Program-made: the position numbers and the translations under genes | Source: a bacterium | GTDB lineage: Bacteria; Patescibacteriota; Doudnabacteria; UBA920 | Reading direction: 5' to 3' | DNA: 64,000 nt | Assembly: GCA_021825655.1 (NCBI GenBank) | Contig: JAKAGU010000004.1 | Span: 11,599-75,598, forward strand | The notes under the pieces: generated by a model | The model's database searches: none | What the model was told of the DNA's origin: nothing | Seen by the model: the letters and a program-made list of their open reading frames with translations, nothing else | Part shown: in pieces, positions 63,353 through 64,000 of the stretch | Numbering within the stretch: position 1 is the first letter of the stretch | How the letters are laid out: each line of letters starts with the position of its first letter

Positions 63353-64000
63353 TTAATCTTTTTCTATCTGGGTCAGCTCGCCGAACACAACTAAGCGTTT
63401 GGCAGTCGAGCCCACGGGCCAGCAGGTGGAAAGAGCCACCACGGACTTGCCGGTATTGGCAAACTGTTCCTGATCAGTCGGCTTGTATTCTTTGCTGCCG
63501 GTGACCACATAATGCAGGCGGGCGTCCTTGCCGTTCTTTTGTACCACGGTAATCTTAAACGAGGTGTTCGCAGGCAGGTCGCCCAAAGTGGCAAAAATCT
63601 GATTATAGCTGCCCTTGGCCCAAATATAATTACTGGAGTGGCCGGAAATATAGGAGGTGCCGATTTGGCCCGGCAAGGCAGTGCCCGGATAATGCACTAC
63701 GCCGTTTTGCAAGTCGCGGGTGAAATTCTTCGTATCTGTCGTCCAAATCAAAGGCACATTAATGTTCAAGGAAGGGATTTCCAAACGGCCGGGAACGCTG
63801 GTATCCACATCCAAACCGTTAATACCCAAAGTGTCCTGGGCAACCGCGTTGGTGTTTGCGCCCGTGGCTGGAGCCGACAGGGGCTGAATATAATTTGTAG
63901 TGTTATTGTTTTGGGCGGGCAAGCCAAAAGTCGAATTGTTGTTCTGAACTGCACCAGTCTGGCTACCACCAGCTGAACTGTTGTTTAGCTGGAAAAGACT
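63353..64000 (-). CDS. Sortase (transpeptidase), C-terminal catalytic domain; gene continues past the window end
   Basis: Catalytic His (YISGHSSNY), the TLxTC motif (VALSTCWPVGS) and a downstream Arg. The ORF-track TTG start at 63922 is not the true start: the frame stays open to position 64000 through an N/T/Q/S-rich linker. Confidence 0.75.
   Translation of the reverse strand, partial: SLFQLNNSSAGGSQTGAVQNNNSTFGLPAQNNNTTNYIQPLSAPATGANTNAVAQDTLGINGLDVDTSVPGRLEIPSLNINVPLIWTTDTKNFTRDLQNGVVHYPGTALPGQIGTSYISGHSSNYIWAKGSYNQIFATLGDLPANTSFKITVVQKNGKDARLHYVVTGSKEYKPTDQEQFANTGKSVVALSTCWPVGSTAKRLVVFGELTQIEKD

Overview
This 64 kb window is densely coding and almost entirely co-oriented: 57 of 58 predicted protein genes plus one RNA gene lie on the minus strand, and only trxA is on the plus strand. 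Most of the content is housekeeping. It includes a split cell-wall (dcw) synthesis set (murJ, a DUF4012 gene, ftsW, murD, mraY and a D,D-carboxypeptidase in one run; murG, murC and murB in another), the Sec machinery (secA, secD, secF) and a ribosomal alpha-operon run (infA-rpmJ-rpsM-rpsK-rpsD-rpoA-rplQ, then rplM-rpsI). An RNase P RNA gene (rnpB), identified directly from conserved motifs, sits beside it. There are also pepN, pgi, a truncated alaS and a ctpA-type protease. Two surface-glycan assembly loci are present, plus a surface-protein locus (partial sortase, GC-rich secreted protein, 1213-aa PKD/DUF11 adhesin with an APKTG sorting signal). The extreme strand bias, small or truncated housekeeping proteins, DUF4012, sortase substrates and heavy use of 4-nt ATGA start/stop overlaps suggest a reduced-genome, Gram-positive-type bacterium, possibly Patescibacteria/CPR-like; this is inference. 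The best candidate for an undescribed system is a promoter-to-terminator bounded three-gene operon at 9131-13318: a sigma-70 region-4 HTH protein, a single-pass membrane protein and a soluble VirD4/TraG-like coupling ATPase with a long disordered tail, with no relaxase or T4SS channel genes nearby. Other notable points are a roughly 60-aa repeat module shared by a subtilisin and its neighbouring secreted protein, a D-aminoacylase and a patatin lipase inserted into the dcw gene runs, a GalE with a YefM-like N-terminal extension, and a TTN-coding microsatellite inside the adhesin gene. All coordinates for non-coding elements are read by eye and may be off by a few nucleotides.
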